A DNA stretch of 62,873 nt, from positions 22,555 to 85,427 of the forward strand of contig JAMDDE010000003.1 in assembly GCA_023489235.1 (NCBI GenBank). Reading direction: 5' to 3'. Below are positions 1-9,744 of the stretch, piece after piece. This DNA is from Actinomycetota bacterium (GTDB taxonomy: Bacteria > Actinomycetota > Acidimicrobiia > Acidimicrobiales > JAMDDE01). The stretch's first letter is position 1, and each line of letters begins with the position of its first letter. The translations under genes were made by a program, and so were the position numbers. The notes beneath the pieces were generated by a model. The model did no database searches. It was not told the DNA's origin and saw nothing but the letters and a program-made list of their open reading frames with translations.

Positions 1-93
1 CCCTTGGCTTGTGTCCATAGGGAGGAGATCCTTTTTGTCCAGAGAAGAACCACCCTTGCCATGAACTTCGAGCTATATGCAAATAAATCGTTG

Positions 94-110
94 TTGCAAC
101 TTTATTGCAA
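94..110. promoter_or_regulatory. Palindrome TTGCAA-N5-TTGCAA upstream of APC permease; possible operator
   Basis: TTGCAACTTTATTGCAA read directly; regulator unknown. Confidence 0.3.
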
Positions 111-170
111 TCACTGTTAAAATGCCTTCTTACTGCCGAAGCTTTCACGTCATGACACCGGGAGGGAGTT

Positions 171-1682
171 TTGCACGATCATGCTGACTCGAGGAGAGCT
201 GTTCACTCTGGGGTCATATCGCATGTAGGTACCGAGATACGAGGCGCAGAGAGAAAGCTCGAGCAGTTCTTTCACTTTGGAGACCTAGTACCCCTCGCTG
301 TTTCCAGTGTGGGACCGTTGTTCAGCATTGCCGCTACGGGTGGGGTCATGGCAGCTCAAGCAGGGTGGTATACTCTTCCGGCTATTGCGTTGATGGCTAT
401 CCCCTTCTTGATCAGTAGCCAGGTATTCAAGTTGCTCAACAGGCATTTCCCTCATGCAGGAGCCTCATATCATTGGTCGGCTCGGGTGATGGGGAAGGGC
501 ATGTCACGCTTTCAAGCTTGGGTACTGATCCTCGCCTACTTCACCTCCATTCCCCCCATTATCATTCCTGCGTCCAGTTATACTCTTCAGCTCATCGTTC
601 CCGGTTATCATCCCTCTGCAGCTGTGTCGCTCTTGGTGAGCACTTTCTGGACGGGATTTGCCCTCATTCCTTTGCTTGGTGGCTCCAAACCCACCGCACG
701 AATAACCCAGGTCTTCTTCTCCTTGGAAATGCTCTCATTGGTTGGTTTGACTGTGTTAGGCGTGATGGACTGGGGATCACTTCATGTGGGAGTGCACCCA
801 GGACCTCCCCCTTGGGGCGGCATATTGGTGGTCACTGTGATAGCGGCAACGATACTGGATGGGTGGGAGATCGACAGCTATGCTGCAGAAGAATCGAAAC
901 GACCCCATCAAGACCCAGGAAAGGCTGGAATTGTCGGGTCTTTGGTGGCTTTCGGCTTCTATGTCCTGCTTTATCCGCTCATACTGGGTGAAACTCCAAT
1001 GAACAGACTTGCTGGATCCAGTGACCCATTGGCAGTTTGGGGCCAACGTCTTTTTCCTCATGCACCGTGGTTGATCATAATTCCGATCCTTGCCTCTACT
1101 GCCGGAGGCCTGTGGCTCACCACCTACATACTGACCCGTGCACTGTTCGCCATGGGCAGGGAGAGGCTTATACCTAACAGCTTCGGAAGGCTCAACAAAA
1201 GATATGTCCCGAGTGTGGCCATAGTGACGAGTTTGGGTACAGCACTGGTTGTCACGGCAATTGAATTGTTCTTCAAGTCTCTCAGCGCGTTCTTTGGTCT
1301 AGTACTGTCTGCAGCAGGGTTCTTTCTAGTTGTGGAGTTCTTCTTTGATTCCTTGACAGCAACTGTCTTCTTGGTTCGAGCACACAGGGACTACTTACCC
1401 TCGGTACACGGTGCACCTTATTCGCATCGTCATCGTCTCATGCTCTGGGCATCCATACTTGCCAATCTTATGTTCGGATCCTTCATCGTTACTTTTTTCG
1501 TAGTAGGTCCGAAAGCTATCGGCAGTGACATAGATTGGGTTCTAGCAGCTAGTTTGGTAGCAGGTCTCCTGTTTACGTGGATCACGAGGAGAAGGGCTCA
1601 GTTGATATACGTGTTCCAAGCGCCAGATACTGACCAAGAGCCGCTGGCCGCACCGGTTGTAGGAGGAGTTTCTGATATATGA
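171..1682 (+). CDS. APC-family amino acid/polyamine permease
   Basis: About 12 hydrophobic segments; FPHAGASYHW and GWE..SYAAEE motifs; TTG start after GGAGG. Confidence 0.85.
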   Translation: MHDHADSRRAVHSGVISHVGTEIRGAERKLEQFFHFGDLVPLAVSSVGPLFSIAATGGVMAAQAGWYTLPAIALMAIPFLISSQVFKLLNRHFPHAGASYHWSARVMGKGMSRFQAWVLILAYFTSIPPIIIPASSYTLQLIVPGYHPSAAVSLLVSTFWTGFALIPLLGGSKPTARITQVFFSLEMLSLVGLTVLGVMDWGSLHVGVHPGPPPWGGILVVTVIAATILDGWEIDSYAAEESKRPHQDPGKAGIVGSLVAFGFYVLLYPLILGETPMNRLAGSSDPLAVWGQRLFPHAPWLIIIPILASTAGGLWLTTYILTRALFAMGRERLIPNSFGRLNKRYVPSVAIVTSLGTALVVTAIELFFKSLSAFFGLVLSAAGFFLVVEFFFDSLTATVFLVRAHRDYLPSVHGAPYSHRHRLMLWASILANLMFGSFIVTFFVVGPKAIGSDIDWVLAASLVAGLLFTWITRRRAQLIYVFQAPDTDQEPLAAPVVGGVSDI

Positions 1683-1777
1683 GCTGTGTCCTAGCTACTG
1701 AGATCACTTGGTGTTCAAAAGCATTGAGAGGTGTATGAAGTTGGCATACTCGAGTACGAACAGCAGCCCAAGCCTTC

Positions 1778-2530
1778 TCAGCTGATATCTCTTCTTGATG
1801 CTGCTATCCCTCCTGCAATGGCGAAAGCAAGGCAGTAGCCCGCGAATACCACCCCGCCGCTCCACATGGAGAGCAGGTGCGAGTTAGGGATGCTTGCGTC
1901 CACCAGTGCAGTTGACGACATACCCGGTAGCCATTTGGCTACGGAGGGAAGAAGGATAGCTACCAAGTTCTCTATGACAGCCAACCATGCCAAGGCAGCA
2001 ACGATAGCGGCTACTTGGTTGCGTATCAAAGCCCCGACTCCTACGCCTAGCAGGGAGTAAAGGGTCATAGCTGCTATAGAGCCGATTAGGACGGTGGCAA
2101 TACGATTTTCTTGAGGAGCAATGGCAATGTGATAGCTGTTCAACCATGGTATGGCCATTGCCAAAGTCAAGGCGGATGTGCATAGGGAGAATATGAATCC
2201 AATAACCCCCATGGTTATCAGTTTGGCTATGAGCACCCGTGATCTTCGCGGTTCCAATAGGTACGTTTGGCTCATGGTGCCGTGACGATACTCTCCTGCA
2301 AATACCAGTACTCCGAGCACAAGTAGAAATATTGACCCTCTTGAAGCTGCACCAATTAGGTCGCGCATGCCGCCAGAGGTCGTCAAGGCAAAAGCTGTAT
2401 GACTACGACTCAAGGTGGTTATGTCTACGGCAACCTCCAAAGCGGTGACTGCCAGAACAGCTATCAAGATACCGTACGTCATTCTTGTACTGCGCAATTT
2501 GATTAGTTCAGATATAACGAGATCTTTCAT
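1778..2530 (-). CDS. ABC-2 type transporter permease
   Basis: SELIKLRSTR start, GEYRHGT motif, 6 TM segments; overlaps ATPase stop. Confidence 0.88.
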   Translation of the reverse strand: MKDLVISELIKLRSTRMTYGILIAVLAVTALEVAVDITTLSRSHTAFALTTSGGMRDLIGAASRGSIFLLVLGVLVFAGEYRHGTMSQTYLLEPRRSRVLIAKLITMGVIGFIFSLCTSALTLAMAIPWLNSYHIAIAPQENRIATVLIGSIAAMTLYSLLGVGVGALIRNQVAAIVAALAWLAVIENLVAILLPSVAKWLPGMSSTALVDASIPNSHLLSMWSGGVVFAGYCLAFAIAGGIAASRRDIS

Positions 2531-3474
2531 GAGGTCCTCTCCGCTCCAGGGGTTGTTGGAGACGATTGCATGGTTGAGCCTTCGGATCCCGTAAGTTCCA
2601 GGAACACTTCTTCGAGGTTTGTTTGTTGGGCAACGAGCTCATGTAGCACGATTCCAGATGCAGATGCCAACTCGCCTAGTTCCCGTGGAGAGATGCCACG
2701 AGCAATGAGATGGCCGTTCCCTAGTGAAACAGTAGGTACCCCCTTGGCAGCTAGTACTGCAGTTAGCTGATCTAGTTGGGGAGTTACTACTCTAGTAGAG
2801 TGTTCATGAGAAGCGGTAAGCTCACCTACACCAGCTTGAGCAACCAATCTTCCTCCGGCAATTATTATTACTTCATCGGCAATTTGGGCTATCTCGGCTA
2901 GGACATGACTCGATATCAGGATAGACCTTCCTTGATTTGCAAGGTAGCGGAGCAAATTTCGTAGCCAGTGGATCCCTTCAGGATCCAATCCATTTGCAGG
3001 TTCGTCTAGGATGAGAATGGCAGGGTTGCCGAGTAGGGCAGCGGCTAATCCCAGGCGCTGACGCATACCTAGAGAGAATTTGCCTACTCGTCTGTCGGCT
3101 ACACCCTGGAGACCAACCAATTTCAGAGTCTGTCCTATGCGTTGGCTGGACAGTCCCCCTGCAGCTGCTATCCACCGCATGTGCTCCATAGCCGAACGAC
3201 CCGGGTGGAAGCTCGAAGTTTCCAAAACTGCTCCTACGTAACGTGCTGGAGTTCTCAGTTTGGTATAAGGTATTCCAGCTATAGTGGCAGAACCGCTTGT
3301 AGGACGAACCAACCCTAGCAACATCCGTAGGGTCGTAGACTTTCCTGCTCCGTTAGGGCCTAGAAAGCCTGTTATCTTACCACGACCCACCTGAAAGCTG
3401 AGGTTATCCACTGCTAGAACATCGCCAAATTTCTTGGTTAATTTCTCGGCGACAATAGCTGACTCAACCATCAT
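2527..3474 (-). CDS. ABC transporter ATP-binding protein (BcrA-like)
   Basis: GPNGAGKST Walker A, FSLGMRQR signature, ILDEP Walker B. Confidence 0.95.
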   Translation of the reverse strand: MMVESAIVAEKLTKKFGDVLAVDNLSFQVGRGKITGFLGPNGAGKSTTLRMLLGLVRPTSGSATIAGIPYTKLRTPARYVGAVLETSSFHPGRSAMEHMRWIAAAGGLSSQRIGQTLKLVGLQGVADRRVGKFSLGMRQRLGLAAALLGNPAILILDEPANGLDPEGIHWLRNLLRYLANQGRSILISSHVLAEIAQIADEVIIIAGGRLVAQAGVGELTASHEHSTRVVTPQLDQLTAVLAAKGVPTVSLGNGHLIARGISPRELGELASASGIVLHELVAQQTNLEEVFLELTGSEGSTMQSSPTTPGAERTS

Positions 3475-3528
3475 AGTTTACTATAGAACGCTGGAATGTA
3501 TGGATTCTTATTTTTGTCTGAGTAGGCT

Positions 3529-5328
3529 GTGGATGTGACCAAGATACGGGTTGCTCTGTGTCAAGTTAATACTGTTGTTGGAGATCTGGCTGGTAATACA
3601 GAACGAATCATTGATGCTGTGACCAGGGCAGAGGAGTTTGAAGCAGATGTAGTGGCTTTCCCTGAGTTGTCCATTACAGGGTATCCTCCTGAAGACCTCC
3701 TGCTGAAGCCGGGTTTTGTTCAAGATAATCTTTACTTTCTCGAACAGGTGGCTGCAGCTGTCAACTCATGTGCAGTAGTAGTTGGTTTTGTGGATTCTCC
3801 CAGGGAGGAGAGGAGTACTCCTTTGAGCAAGGGGTCGAGACAACCAATTTACAATGCTGCAGCTGTTTGTTCGAAGGGTGAAGTAGTGGGGGTATACCAC
3901 AAGCGTCTTCTACCCAACTATGGCGTATTCGATGAAAAGCGATACTTTGCTCAAGGCAAGGGTTTGTACACGCTATACAAACTAGAGGGCTCTCTCGTGG
4001 GCATTTCGATTTGCGAGGATCTATGGTTCCCGAATGGCCCTGTGTTGGCTCAGGCGAAGGGGGGTGCTTCATTGGTAATCAATATCAACGCTTCACCCTA
4101 TTCAGTTGGGAGACTAGCTGATCGCCTAGCCGTACTTCGCGAACGGGTTCAGGAAGCCAACTGTCACATTGCATATGTGAATCAAGTTGGCGGCCAGGAT
4201 GAGCTGGTCTTCGATGGAGGCTCGATGGTGGTCTCCCCATCTGGGGATATACTGGGCATCTCCCCTCAGTTCGAAGAGGATATGTTGGTTGTCGATCTCC
4301 ACCTAGAAGGTGGTAGTGCCAATGGACATCTGGATGCCTCCGCAGTACACCTGGTTGACCTGGGCGCATCCACCAGAGGGACTAAGGAACCTATTCTCAG
4401 AGGCATTGCCCCATCGGACAGAGGCATTGTCCCATCGCTCAGTAGGGAGGAAGAAATCTACAAAGCGCTGGTACTAGGCACGAAAGATTATGTTCGTAAG
4501 AATGGGTTCAAAGATGTGGTTATCGGGCTATCCGGTGGGATCGACTCTTCGCTGGTAGCTACCATTGCCACGGATGCCCTCGGAGCTCAACATGTTCATG
4601 GAGTAGCTATGCCCTCGAGGTACTCCAGCCAGGGATCTATAACCGATGCCCAGATTCTTGTTAAAAACCTTGGGATTGATCTTCACATTATTCCTATTGA
4701 ATCTGTTCATCAAATGTTTGCAGACGTGCTTGCCCCTGTGCTTGGTAATGCTCCTACTGGCCTTACCGATGAGAATTTGCAGTCTCGAATAAGGGGAATA
4801 ATTCTTATGGCTCTATCCAATGCTAACGGTTGGTTAGTGTTGACTACTGGTAATAAGAGTGAGTTAGCAACTGGATATTCAACTTTGTATGGTGATTCAG
4901 TAGGAGGATTTGGGGTAATAAAGGATGTACTTAAGACAGTTGTTTATAGCTTATGTAGGTATAGAAATTCTAAGGATGGTCGAGAAATTATTCCTGAGTC
5001 TATACTTTTAAAACCACCTTCTGCAGAGCTGAGAGAGGGGCAAATTGACGAGCAATCTCTCCCCCCGTATGATCTTCTCGATCCAGTACTTCAAGGATAT
5101 GTGGAGCAGGATCACACTGCGATAGAGCTAGTAGAACTTGGTTTTGATAGTAATTTGGTCCATGAAGTCGTACATCTAGTCGATTCAGCTGAGTACAAGA
5201 GGAGACAAATGCCTCCTGGAGTACGTATTACCATGAAAGCATTTGGCAAGGACCGTAGGATGCCGATAACTAATTTATATAAAGAACGTGCCCAGCTACA
5301 TACCTACGGTAAAGTCGAAAATAAATAG
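3529..5328 (+). CDS. nadE: Glutamine-dependent NAD+ synthetase
   Basis: Nitrilase domain (FPEL, ICED) plus GLSGGIDS, TGNKSE, PPSAEL. Confidence 0.96.
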   Translation: MDVTKIRVALCQVNTVVGDLAGNTERIIDAVTRAEEFEADVVAFPELSITGYPPEDLLLKPGFVQDNLYFLEQVAAAVNSCAVVVGFVDSPREERSTPLSKGSRQPIYNAAAVCSKGEVVGVYHKRLLPNYGVFDEKRYFAQGKGLYTLYKLEGSLVGISICEDLWFPNGPVLAQAKGGASLVININASPYSVGRLADRLAVLRERVQEANCHIAYVNQVGGQDELVFDGGSMVVSPSGDILGISPQFEEDMLVVDLHLEGGSANGHLDASAVHLVDLGASTRGTKEPILRGIAPSDRGIVPSLSREEEIYKALVLGTKDYVRKNGFKDVVIGLSGGIDSSLVATIATDALGAQHVHGVAMPSRYSSQGSITDAQILVKNLGIDLHIIPIESVHQMFADVLAPVLGNAPTGLTDENLQSRIRGIILMALSNANGWLVLTTGNKSELATGYSTLYGDSVGGFGVIKDVLKTVVYSLCRYRNSKDGREIIPESILLKPPSAELREGQIDEQSLPPYDLLDPVLQGYVEQDHTAIELVELGFDSNLVHEVVHLVDSAEYKRRQMPPGVRITMKAFGKDRRMPITNLYKERAQLHTYGKVENK

Positions 5329-5415
5329 ACCTATAAAATATTTTAATGCGAAGGGATAAATAGGGATGATAAATAACCTACCAACATTGTCGATAATTCT
5401 GCATGGATATACGGG

Positions 5416-6081
5416 ATGAAGCTTGCGAAAGAAGTTGCTTTCTTGGAGCTAGCATCTTTAATTGGTTCATGTTATTGGCTGGAGACGAGACTGTTCGAAT
5501 CTTGCGGAGTTTTGGCGCAGGTAGTTAATTCCCCGGCACTCTGCGCTCATCTTGATGCACAGAGCCGTCAACATGCTTGGCATGCCATGCTCTGGGAGGA
5601 GCAAATTCCAACTATTGCCGGCAAGGCACAACATGACTTTGTTCGGGCCCCTAACCAGGCAGTTGAACATGTTTTTCAACTTCTCGAGCATCAACGCCCT
5701 GTCAATAAAGAGGTATCCGGTACTGGAGAAAGGACCGGCGAACAAGGACCGAATGCTACTGAAGAGAATGGTGACCAAGCGATTCCATCCTCCCCTCGAT
5801 CGTTGTCAGCCCATGAGATAGCGATGGGGATGTATCGGGTAGTAGTTCCCCGTTTAATAACATCATATAATATTCTATATAAACATACATCCGATATTAC
5901 CGCTGCTTCTACCAAAAGGGTACTCCGGCTCATCCTTAGTGATGAGCTTGCTGGTTGGCAAGAGGGGGAGATGTTGGTGGAGCAGTTATTGTGCCAAGAG
6001 ACTGGAGAGACTGGGATGACGTTGGCTCGTCTCCAAGAACTGCTGGAGGTTCCTCTCACAGGAATCATTGGTCTATTATAA
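5416..6081 (+). CDS. Hypothetical protein, possibly ferritin-like helical bundle
   Basis: 221-aa helical ORF with HAWHA motif and RLILSDE; follows nadE. Confidence 0.6.
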   Translation: MKLAKEVAFLELASLIGSCYWLETRLFESCGVLAQVVNSPALCAHLDAQSRQHAWHAMLWEEQIPTIAGKAQHDFVRAPNQAVEHVFQLLEHQRPVNKEVSGTGERTGEQGPNATEENGDQAIPSSPRSLSAHEIAMGMYRVVVPRLITSYNILYKHTSDITAASTKRVLRLILSDELAGWQEGEMLVEQLLCQETGETGMTLARLQELLEVPLTGIIGLL

Positions 6082-6604
6082 TAGTATAATTACTGTAGAT
6101 AAGGAAAACTTAATATTTTAACCAAATGTAACAGTTTTGTGTTGACTTTATGTTGAATCATGTAAAAATATACTTATTGTATAGGTGAATTGCAGAGTGG
6201 TAGACGTGCTTGCCGATAGAACCTACAGATTGGATTTAGATCTATAGGCAAGAGAGGCGTCTTTGTGGACTGGGCGCTTGACTAGCACGTTACAATAATA
6301 GCTAAAGACATAGTGCAATGTTGACGAGATGTCAAGGTGGTATGCAGAGATACTTTTATGACGAGTCAAGGCATATAAAGTGAGGTTGAAACTACGAGTT
6401 ATGGTATCCCTGATAAGTGGGCATTAGGCGATCCAAAGTGCCAGGATTACTTATAGGAATGTCTTCAGAAGGGTGGAGCTACTAAGGCAGCACCTATATA
6501 GCAGCTGAACAAGGTAGCTCAAGCAAGGGAACCCAGTATCTCAAGCGCCGCAGATGCAAGTAACAGGTATGTAGGGCACACGGAGTGTATTGAAAGAGTG
6601 CTAT

Positions 6605-6645
6605 TAGCAGCTTGACATTGTGCAGCACTCGATGTTGAGCTGCTA
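6605..6645 (+). promoter_or_regulatory. 16-bp RNA hairpin in sigma factor leader
   Basis: 6605-6620 pairs with 6630-6645; the three non-Watson-Crick pairs are G-U on the + strand. Confidence 0.45.
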
Positions 6646-6706
6646 GGCAGAATGGGTTTGAACTGGACAGTAGGGAATAGGTTGGAGAAAGGGAAGCGAA
6701 CTGCAA

Positions 6707-7642
6707 GTGGCTAAGGAACGTATCGAGAGAGATGATGAAGATCTTGTTCGTCTTTATCTCACTGACATTGGTCAGTACCCTCTTCTCACCAAGGATGACG
6801 AGGTAAGACTGGCTCAAACCATAGAAGCAGGTTATGAAGCCGAAAGGGAGCTCAACGAATCCAAGGATCTTACTCCAGCGCGGCGTAGAGAGCTGAGGAG
6901 GAAGGTTAGGGCAGGTGAAGCTGCTCAGCAAAGCTTTGTGCAGTCCAACCTCAGGTTGGTGGTCTCTATTGCAAAGAAGTACCAAGCATCAGGGCTGCCT
7001 CTGCTCGACCTCATCCAAGAGGGAAATCTCGGCCTCATGCATGCAGTGGAAAAGTTCGACTGGAGAAAGGGATTCAAGTTCTCCACCTATGCTACATGGT
7101 GGATTCGCCAGGCTATTACGAGAGGAATAGCCAATACAGGAAGAACAATAAGACTCCCTGTGCATGCCGGAGATACTTTAGCGCGAGTCCAAAAGGCACA
7201 AGCTCGTCTCGAGCTGAAGCTTGGTCGTCCAGCTACTTTGATGGAATTGGGTGATGAGGTCGAGATGCCTGAGGACAAGCTAGTAGAAGCTCTGCGCTTT
7301 CGTGCTGAACCGCTGTCCCTGTCGGAGCCTCTCAGAGAAGATGGAGATGCAGAACTCGGGGATGTGGTGGAAGATCGTTCTGCCGAGTCTCCATTTGATA
7401 CTGCTGCAACGGCTCTCTTGCCAGAAGAGATCAGCAGACTCCTCTCACCTTTGGATGAGCGCGAGAGAGAGATACTGCGGCTGCGATTCGGTCTTGATCG
7501 TGGAGAGCCCAGGACACTAGAGGAAGTAGGAGAGCACTTCAATCTTACCCGGGAGCGTATACGCCAGATAGAGGCTAGAGCCATGTCGAAGCTCCGTCAT
7601 CCATCTAGCGACACTGGCGCGCGAGATTTGTTAACCGTGTGA
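6707..7642 (+). CDS. RNA polymerase sigma-70 factor, RpoD/SigA family, lacking region 1.1
   Basis: [45 protein letters not shown]. Confidence 0.95.
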   Translation: MAKERIERDDEDLVRLYLTDIGQYPLLTKDDEVRLAQTIEAGYEAERELNESKDLTPARRRELRRKVRAGEAAQQSFVQSNLRLVVSIAKKYQASGLPLLDLIQEGNLGLMHAVEKFDWRKGFKFSTYATWWIRQAITRGIANTGRTIRLPVHAGDTLARVQKAQARLELKLGRPATLMELGDEVEMPEDKLVEALRFRAEPLSLSEPLREDGDAELGDVVEDRSAESPFDTAATALLPEEISRLLSPLDEREREILRLRFGLDRGEPRTLEEVGEHFNLTRERIRQIEARAMSKLRHPSSDTGARDLLTV

Positions 7643-7750
7643 GGAACTGTGCGCTACCTCGTCTCCTTCCCTGGCCTTCCAGCAGGGTTAATAGTGTGTT
7701 CATGTATTACGGCAGCACTTTGTTGTTCTCATGAAGTACGCTGTTGAACC

Positions 7751-7825
7751 ATGAAGAAGCTCTTGTTCCTAGCACTATTGGTAGCTCTTGGTTTGGTCGC
7801 AGCTAAGAGGTTGCGTTCCATCTGA
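7751..7825 (+). CDS. Small 24-aa membrane peptide MKKLLFLALLVALGLVAAKRLRSI (below ORF-track cutoff)
   Basis: ATG 7751 to TGA 7825; basic-hydrophobic-basic pattern resembling the N-terminus of actinobacterial DLW-39-type small proteins. Confidence 0.6.
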   Translation: MKKLLFLALLVALGLVAAKRLRSI

Positions 7826-8912
7826 GGCGATTGATGGCATAAGTTCTTGCTGCACCTATGGCAGATGTCAGAACGTTAGCCATAGGTGCAGCTGTATTCA
7901 GGGGTTTTGTTGTCCGAGCAAAATTGTTCGGGACCGTTCGGAAAGATGCTCGTTTCAATATCGAGCAGTTTTTGTCGTTTTGTGCTTGTTTCATGGGTGA
8001 TGCACGGAATCTCGGTGGGTTGGTCAGGTTGTGAGTGATGGTGGCAGTGTCAAACATACCGCCAATATGGAGAGACCTGTTAGGTTTCTGGGGTATCGGT
8101 AACTTTTCTAAAGGTTTGCTCCACTGTAAATTTGCCTGATGCTGTTGCAAGTAGCGCCATCCCCAAAAAATTATGCCTGTAGCTCCTACGAGGATGAATG
8201 CAGTTATAGCAGGTATTTTTGCGCCATGGTATCGGGTTTCCATCCTTACAGGATGAGTGAACTGCACAATTGGCCATCCTCGTTCCTTGGCTAGTTTGGC
8301 GAGTCCTTTCTCTGGATTGGCAGCAACTGGATGACCTACTACTTCGAGCATGGGCAAATCCGTAAGCGAGTCTGTGTAAGCATACGAATTGCTGAGGTCG
8401 ATATCCTTGGTCTCAGCTAAAGCCTGTATGGCCAATGCTTTGTTCTCTCCATGGGCAGAAAAGCTGAGCTTTCCTGTGTAGCGACCCTGCGTATCTATCT
8501 CTGCCCGGGACGCAATGCATCCATCCACGCCAAGATAAGTACCAAGTGGATGAACGATCTCCTCTGGAGAAGCCGATACTATATAGACCTGGCGATTCTG
8601 GCTTTTGTGCCAAGCAATTAGCTCAATTGCCTCTGCATAGGTAATAGGTTCGACTATATCTTCCAGGGCTTCACGCACTATTTGTTCTACCTGGGCCTGT
8701 TCCCAGCCCTGAGTAATAGCCAACATAGATTGCCTGATCTTCTCTAGGCGATCCTCACTGGCTCCGAACTGCAAGTACAGCATTTGGCCAAAGAGCATCC
8801 TCAAGATATGTCGACGATTTATTAAGCCACCGCGATAAAATGGCCTGCCAAATGCTGCTATAGACGCTTTAGCTATGATTGTTTTGTCTAAGTCGAAGAA
8901 CGCAGCTTCCAT
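7803..8912 (-). CDS. HAD-IB family hydrolase (Rv3661-like) with long atypical C-terminal extension
   Basis: AAFFDLDKT motif I, VSAS, AYTDSLTDLPML; TM helix near aa 235-253. Confidence 0.9.
   Translation of the reverse strand: MEAAFFDLDKTIIAKASIAAFGRPFYRGGLINRRHILRMLFGQMLYLQFGASEDRLEKIRQSMLAITQGWEQAQVEQIVREALEDIVEPITYAEAIELIAWHKSQNRQVYIVSASPEEIVHPLGTYLGVDGCIASRAEIDTQGRYTGKLSFSAHGENKALAIQALAETKDIDLSNSYAYTDSLTDLPMLEVVGHPVAANPEKGLAKLAKERGWPIVQFTHPVRMETRYHGAKIPAITAFILVGATGIIFWGWRYLQQHQANLQWSKPLEKLPIPQKPNRSLHIGGMFDTATITHNLTNPPRFRASPMKQAQNDKNCSILKRASFRTVPNNFARTTKPLNTAAPMANVLTSAIGAARTYAINRLRWNATS
7849..7892. terminator. 14-bp perfect inverted repeat; probable terminator between convergent genes
   Basis: GCTGCACCTATGGC (7849-7862) / GCCATAGGTGCAGC (7879-7892). 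Confidence 0.6.
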
Positions 8913-9205
8913 CTTGTGTGATCATAGAGTAGTTGGATGAGTCTATGTTAACCTGTTGATACCGAGTCAATCTGTTGATCTCGAATTGGTGATGTATGCG
9001 TGACTTGAGGTTTATCGTTGCAACCCGCTCCAGCTTGGAGCCTGGGCTCTGTAGCTTTGAGCTCGAAGCTGCAGAATGATGCAAGAGTTCAACTGGGCAT
9101 AGAACGACCAAGCGCTTGGGGAGTAACCTAGAGAGCAAGACCAGCCAGCCAGTAAACTTTGTCCAATGTCAAAAATAGGTTGTGAATAACAACGAACCCT
9201 GCCGT

Positions 9206-9233
9206 TGAAGGTACAGTTGTGAAGGTACAGTTG
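9206..9233. repeat. 14-bp tandem duplication just upstream of tRNA-Val
   Basis: TGAAGGTACAGTTG twice. Confidence 0.85.
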
Positions 9234-9249
9234 TATCGAGGCAGTATAA

Positions 9250-9322
9250 GGGCGTTTAGCTCAGTTGGTAGAGCAGCTGGCTTACAACCAGCAGGTCGTC
9301 GGTTCGAGTCCGGCAGCGCCCA
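9250..9322 (+). tRNA. tRNA-Val(TAC), CCA not encoded
   Basis: GGGCGTT/AGCGCCC acceptor stem, GCTGG-CTTACAA-CCAGC anticodon arm, GGTTCGAGTCC T arm. Confidence 0.96.
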
Positions 9323-9744
9323 CAAGCCCCTCTTAGTAGTCAGAAAGCTAGGTGTCGCTTGACCGTACTGGCAACGGTTTCCATAGCATCGACGCCACAG
9401 TAGGAGCCATGGCTGTTCGTGACTCGCTAGTTCGCATGAGCTAGCCTCCCTATTCTCACTAATACGAGTGCAAGGCGGGAATCCCGCAACTGCAGCCGTA
9501 GGTTTGTGCTCGCTTTTCTGGTCAACAAGGAGCTGCGATCATAGCTGGTGAGTTCCGCTCAGATTCGCTAAAACTCTATTCTGTACAGCAAGGATGCATT
9601 ATCAGCTCGAAGAGCGTATCCTAGCTCCGTTGGCTTTCAGCTTGATATCGTGCTAATGACGAATTACTATGCATCACGCCTAGACCGACTGCCGAATTGC
9701 CATATGGCAACGGCTTACTCCATCGAAGGGAGCATGTGATAGGG

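Noticed and set aside
9465-9500. Cobalamin riboswitch-like words (GGGAA, CCCGCAACTG)
   Set aside because: The two words pair directly with each other; the intervening stems and the B12 box are missing
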